A DNA stretch of 6,063 bases from Candidatus Iainarchaeum sp. (GTDB taxonomy: Archaea; Iainarchaeota; Iainarchaeia; Iainarchaeales; 0-14-0-20-30-16): the NCBI GenBank assembly GCA_903916665.1, contig CAIWXP010000100.1:1-6063 (forward strand), read 5' to 3'. Under the pieces are notes generated by a model that did not search any database, had not been told where the DNA came from, and saw nothing but the letters and a program-made list of their open reading frames with translations. Shown in pieces: positions 4,756 through 6,063 of this stretch. Within the stretch, counting starts at the first letter, position 1. Every line of letters begins with the position of its first letter. The translations under genes and the position numbers were made by a program.

Positions 4756-5145
4756 ATGAATATTATTTTAGAATTGCCAATTAAAAAAGATAAATTAGAT
4801 TGTGGTTCACCTTTAGGCCCTCTGTTAGCACCCTATGGTGTTAATATTAACAAAGTAGTTGATGCTTTAAACAAAATGTTAGCAGAAAATAAAATTACAA
4901 TACATTCTAAAGTTCACATTGAAATTGATTTGGAAGATAGATCTTGGAAATTTGTTGAAACTCATAAGAAAATTACTGAACAATTAAAAGAACTTTCAAA
5001 AAACGGGAAAATAAACTATTCAGATTTATTCTCTTTTGCAAAAAAATCCTTAGATAAAGATGATCTTGGAGACCTATCAAGAAAAATAAAAGATCTGGAA
5101 GGAACCTGTAAAAGTATGCATTTGGAAATTATTAAACAGATTTAA
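4756..5145 (+). CDS. Divergent, short ribosomal protein uL11 (L11)-like protein
   Basis: The track ORF starts at TTG 4747. ATG 4756 is preferred because TTGAT at 4747-4751 acts as an SD-like motif 4 nt upstream. Product MNIILELPIKKDKLDCGSPLGPLLAPYGVNINKVVDALNK...KVHIEIDLEDRSWKFVETHKKITEQLKEL...GKINYSDLFSFAKKSL...IKDLEGTCKSMHLEI aligns by eye with E. coli L11: ...[26 protein letters not shown]...[27 protein letters not shown]...GKISRAQLQEIAQTK...IEGTARSMGLVV. The conserved G-x-KSGSG-x-P loop between the two domains is missing, and the protein is ~129 aa versus ~140-165 aa for typical L11. Confidence 0.75.
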   Translation: MNIILELPIKKDKLDCGSPLGPLLAPYGVNINKVVDALNKMLAENKITIHSKVHIEIDLEDRSWKFVETHKKITEQLKELSKNGKINYSDLFSFAKKSLDKDDLGDLSRKIKDLEGTCKSMHLEIIKQI

Positions 5146-5254
5146 AATATTTCTTTAATTCTTCTAATGACATTGATTTTTTATTTTTAGTCTCTTCAGC
5201 AATTTTTAAAATATGTTTTATATATTTATTTGAAAATTCCTTCTTTTTAACCAT
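5132..5254 (-). CDS. Candidate 40-aa micro-ORF with a ribbon-helix-helix-like pattern (hypothetical)
   Basis: Hand translation: ATG 5254..5252 to TAA 5134..5132 gives MVKKKEFSNKYIKHILKIAEETKNKKSMSLEELKKYFKSV. It is below the ORF-track length cutoff. The spacing is RHH/CopG-like: short N-terminal strand, helix (YIKHILKIAEETK), turn, and an S-x-S-capped second helix (SMSLEELKKYF). It lies 34 nt downstream of the Nudix gene stop on the same strand, with TTTTTAAG at -29..-22. It overlaps the 3' end of the uL11-like gene by 14 nt. In AT/Lys-rich DNA this could be chance. Confidence 0.3.
   Translation of the reverse strand: MVKKKEFSNKYIKHILKIAEETKNKKSMSLEELKKYFKSV
5177..5188 (+). terminator. Possible oligo-T termination signal downstream of the uL11-like gene
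   Basis: TTTTTTATTTTT begins 32 nt after stop codon 5143-5145. Archaeal RNAP terminates at oligo-T tracts. The same bases would encode KNKK of the candidate minus-strand micro-ORF, so the two readings compete. Confidence 0.25.
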
Positions 5255-5288
5255 AATATAAATAATATACATATTCTTAAAAATGGTA

Positions 5289-6011
5289 CTAACCTATTTT
5301 TTTATATTCTATTTTCAAAAATTTATTTCCTTCTTTAAACATTTTAATTTCATATAAAGCTAAAGAATGATGATTTTCAAGCATATCAAAAATAATTATA
5401 TTATCAGGAAATAATCTATTTTCTTTGTGTTTCTTTTCAAATTCTTTTTTATCAACAAAATGATAATCTCCTTCTCTGTTTTGTTCAATTAATATTCCTT
5501 CTGGATCTTCAAATAAAACAACAAATTGAGAAAAGTGTGTCAAAGGATTTTCTTTCTCAAAAGTTAAAATATTACTTACTGCAATTAATTTACCTTCCCC
5601 TTTTAAACCAGTTTCTTCAAATAATTCTCTTTTTGCACCTTCTAATACTTGTTCACCAAAATCTAATTTGGCGCCAGGCATTCCATACATATCGTAGAAT
5701 GGTTCCTTTAGTCTATGATATAGCAAATACTTATCTCCTTTTTTTACTACTAATAGCAAAGCAACAAATGGCCTTTCTCTTTTCTTTCCTGTTTTACCAT
5801 CTAAATCACTTTCATATCTTTGGCCTAAAGTAGTTAATGAATATTTTTTATCCTCATTTTTTACAACTAAACCTTCATCAATCAATTTATTTAAATGATA
5901 GGTAAATTCATTGGAAGGAACACTTTTATCAGATAAATCAGAAAAACTAGCCTGCGGATTATGTATCAATGTTTTAATTATTAATTCTTTTATTTCTTTA
6001 TCGTTTGTCAT
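5289..6011 (-). CDS. Winged-helix (ArsR/MarR-like) DNA-binding domain fused to a C-terminal Nudix hydrolase domain
   Basis: The track ORF starts at TTG 6047. I prefer ATG 6011 (MTNDKEIKELI...) because the 36 nt between them contain a consensus archaeal TATA box (TTTATATA, 6040..6033). wHTH pattern: ELIIKTLIHNPQASFSDLSDKSVPSNEFTYHLNKLIDEGLVVKNEDKKYSLTTLGQ. Nudix box (nt 5604-5675): GAKLDFGEQVLEGAKRELFEETGL fits E-x7-REUxEExGU, with the usual first Gly of G-x5-E replaced by Ala (PGAKLDFGE versus the typical PGGklEpGE). Confidence 0.85.
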   Translation of the reverse strand: MTNDKEIKELIIKTLIHNPQASFSDLSDKSVPSNEFTYHLNKLIDEGLVVKNEDKKYSLTTLGQRYESDLDGKTGKKRERPFVALLLVVKKGDKYLLYHRLKEPFYDMYGMPGAKLDFGEQVLEGAKRELFEETGLKGEGKLIAVSNILTFEKENPLTHFSQFVVLFEDPEGILIEQNREGDYHFVDKKEFEKKHKENRLFPDNIIIFDMLENHHSLALYEIKMFKEGNKFLKIEYKKIG

Positions 6012-6032
6012 ATTATTATTGGAGAGAAACAA

Positions 6033-6040
6033 TATATAAA
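6033..6040 (-). promoter_or_regulatory. Archaeal-type TATA box for the wHTH-Nudix gene (leaderless architecture)
   Basis: The minus strand reads TTTATATA at 6040..6033, centred ~25 nt upstream of ATG 6011. No SD-like motif lies between them. Confidence 0.5.
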
Positions 6041-6063
6041 GAATCAAGTCAAAAACTTTTGAG

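Noticed and set aside
4306-5254. GNAT toxin with an RHH antitoxin (TacT/AtaT-like type II TA system)
   Set aside because: In known GNAT/RHH TA modules the RHH antitoxin gene sits immediately upstream of the GNAT gene, on the same strand and in the same operon. Here the RHH-like micro-ORF is on the opposite strand about 390 nt away, with another gene in between.
5537-5833. 98-aa plus-strand ORF from the track
   Set aside because: It is antisense to the well-supported wHTH-Nudix gene, whose Nudix box and wHTH motifs lie on the minus strand. It is L/F/Y-rich with no motifs.
5975-6047. TTG start at 6047 for the Nudix gene, which would add the N-terminus MILYILFLSNNN
   Set aside because: The extension would be translated from the TTTATATA promoter element itself. 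ATG 6011 sits at the expected leaderless distance from that box and yields a normal wHTH N-terminus.
1-6063. Stop-codon reassignment or recoding, checked because of the low GC content and possible candidate-phylum origin
   Set aside because: TAA, TAG and TGA all terminate well-supported ORFs at sensible positions: TGA at 1926, TAG at 5289, and TAA at 4260, 4743 and 5145. No conserved domain is interrupted by an in-frame stop.

Overview
Visibly AT-rich, gene-dense 6,063-bp window with six well-supported protein-coding genes and one candidate micro-ORF. I saw no rRNA, tRNA, CRISPR array or mobile-element signature. Several signals suggest an archaeal host, possibly a small-genome DPANN-like lineage (inference only): TATA-like boxes about 22-29 nt upstream of first-gene ATGs (leaderless-type architecture), GGTGAT-like Shine-Dalgarno remnants 4-5 nt before internal or coupled genes, a PGF-pre-PGF-like surface domain, and an L11 (uL11) homolog. 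LEFT HALF (1-3425, minus strand): two tandem, translationally coupled genes (ATGA stop/start overlap at 1926-1929) encode paralogous surface proteins. Both have a signal peptide, a shared and apparently uncharacterised Cys-rich ectodomain (QWPDCxCH...VYTQCI...CCGTPGADNSxARDSQxC), a Q/N/T-rich sequon-rich linker, and then divergent C-terminal modules. The upstream protein has a FecR-type beta domain plus a single TM anchor. The downstream protein has a PGF-pre-PGF-like domain, a TM anchor and DUF4190-like TM hairpins. The downstream gene (1..1929) is missing from the supplied ORF track because it runs off the window edge; I translated it by hand and it is open for all 643 codons. RIGHT HALF: a co-oriented plus-strand trio encodes a Rossmann/SAM-methyltransferase-fold protein, a GNAT acetyltransferase, and a short, highly divergent uL11-like protein outside the normal ribosomal-protein context. 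This trio is the most hypothesis-rich part of the window. It is followed by a convergent wHTH-Nudix fusion gene and a 40-codon ribbon-helix-helix-like ORF in the convergent gap. All functional calls rest on motif recognition by eye; no database search was possible.
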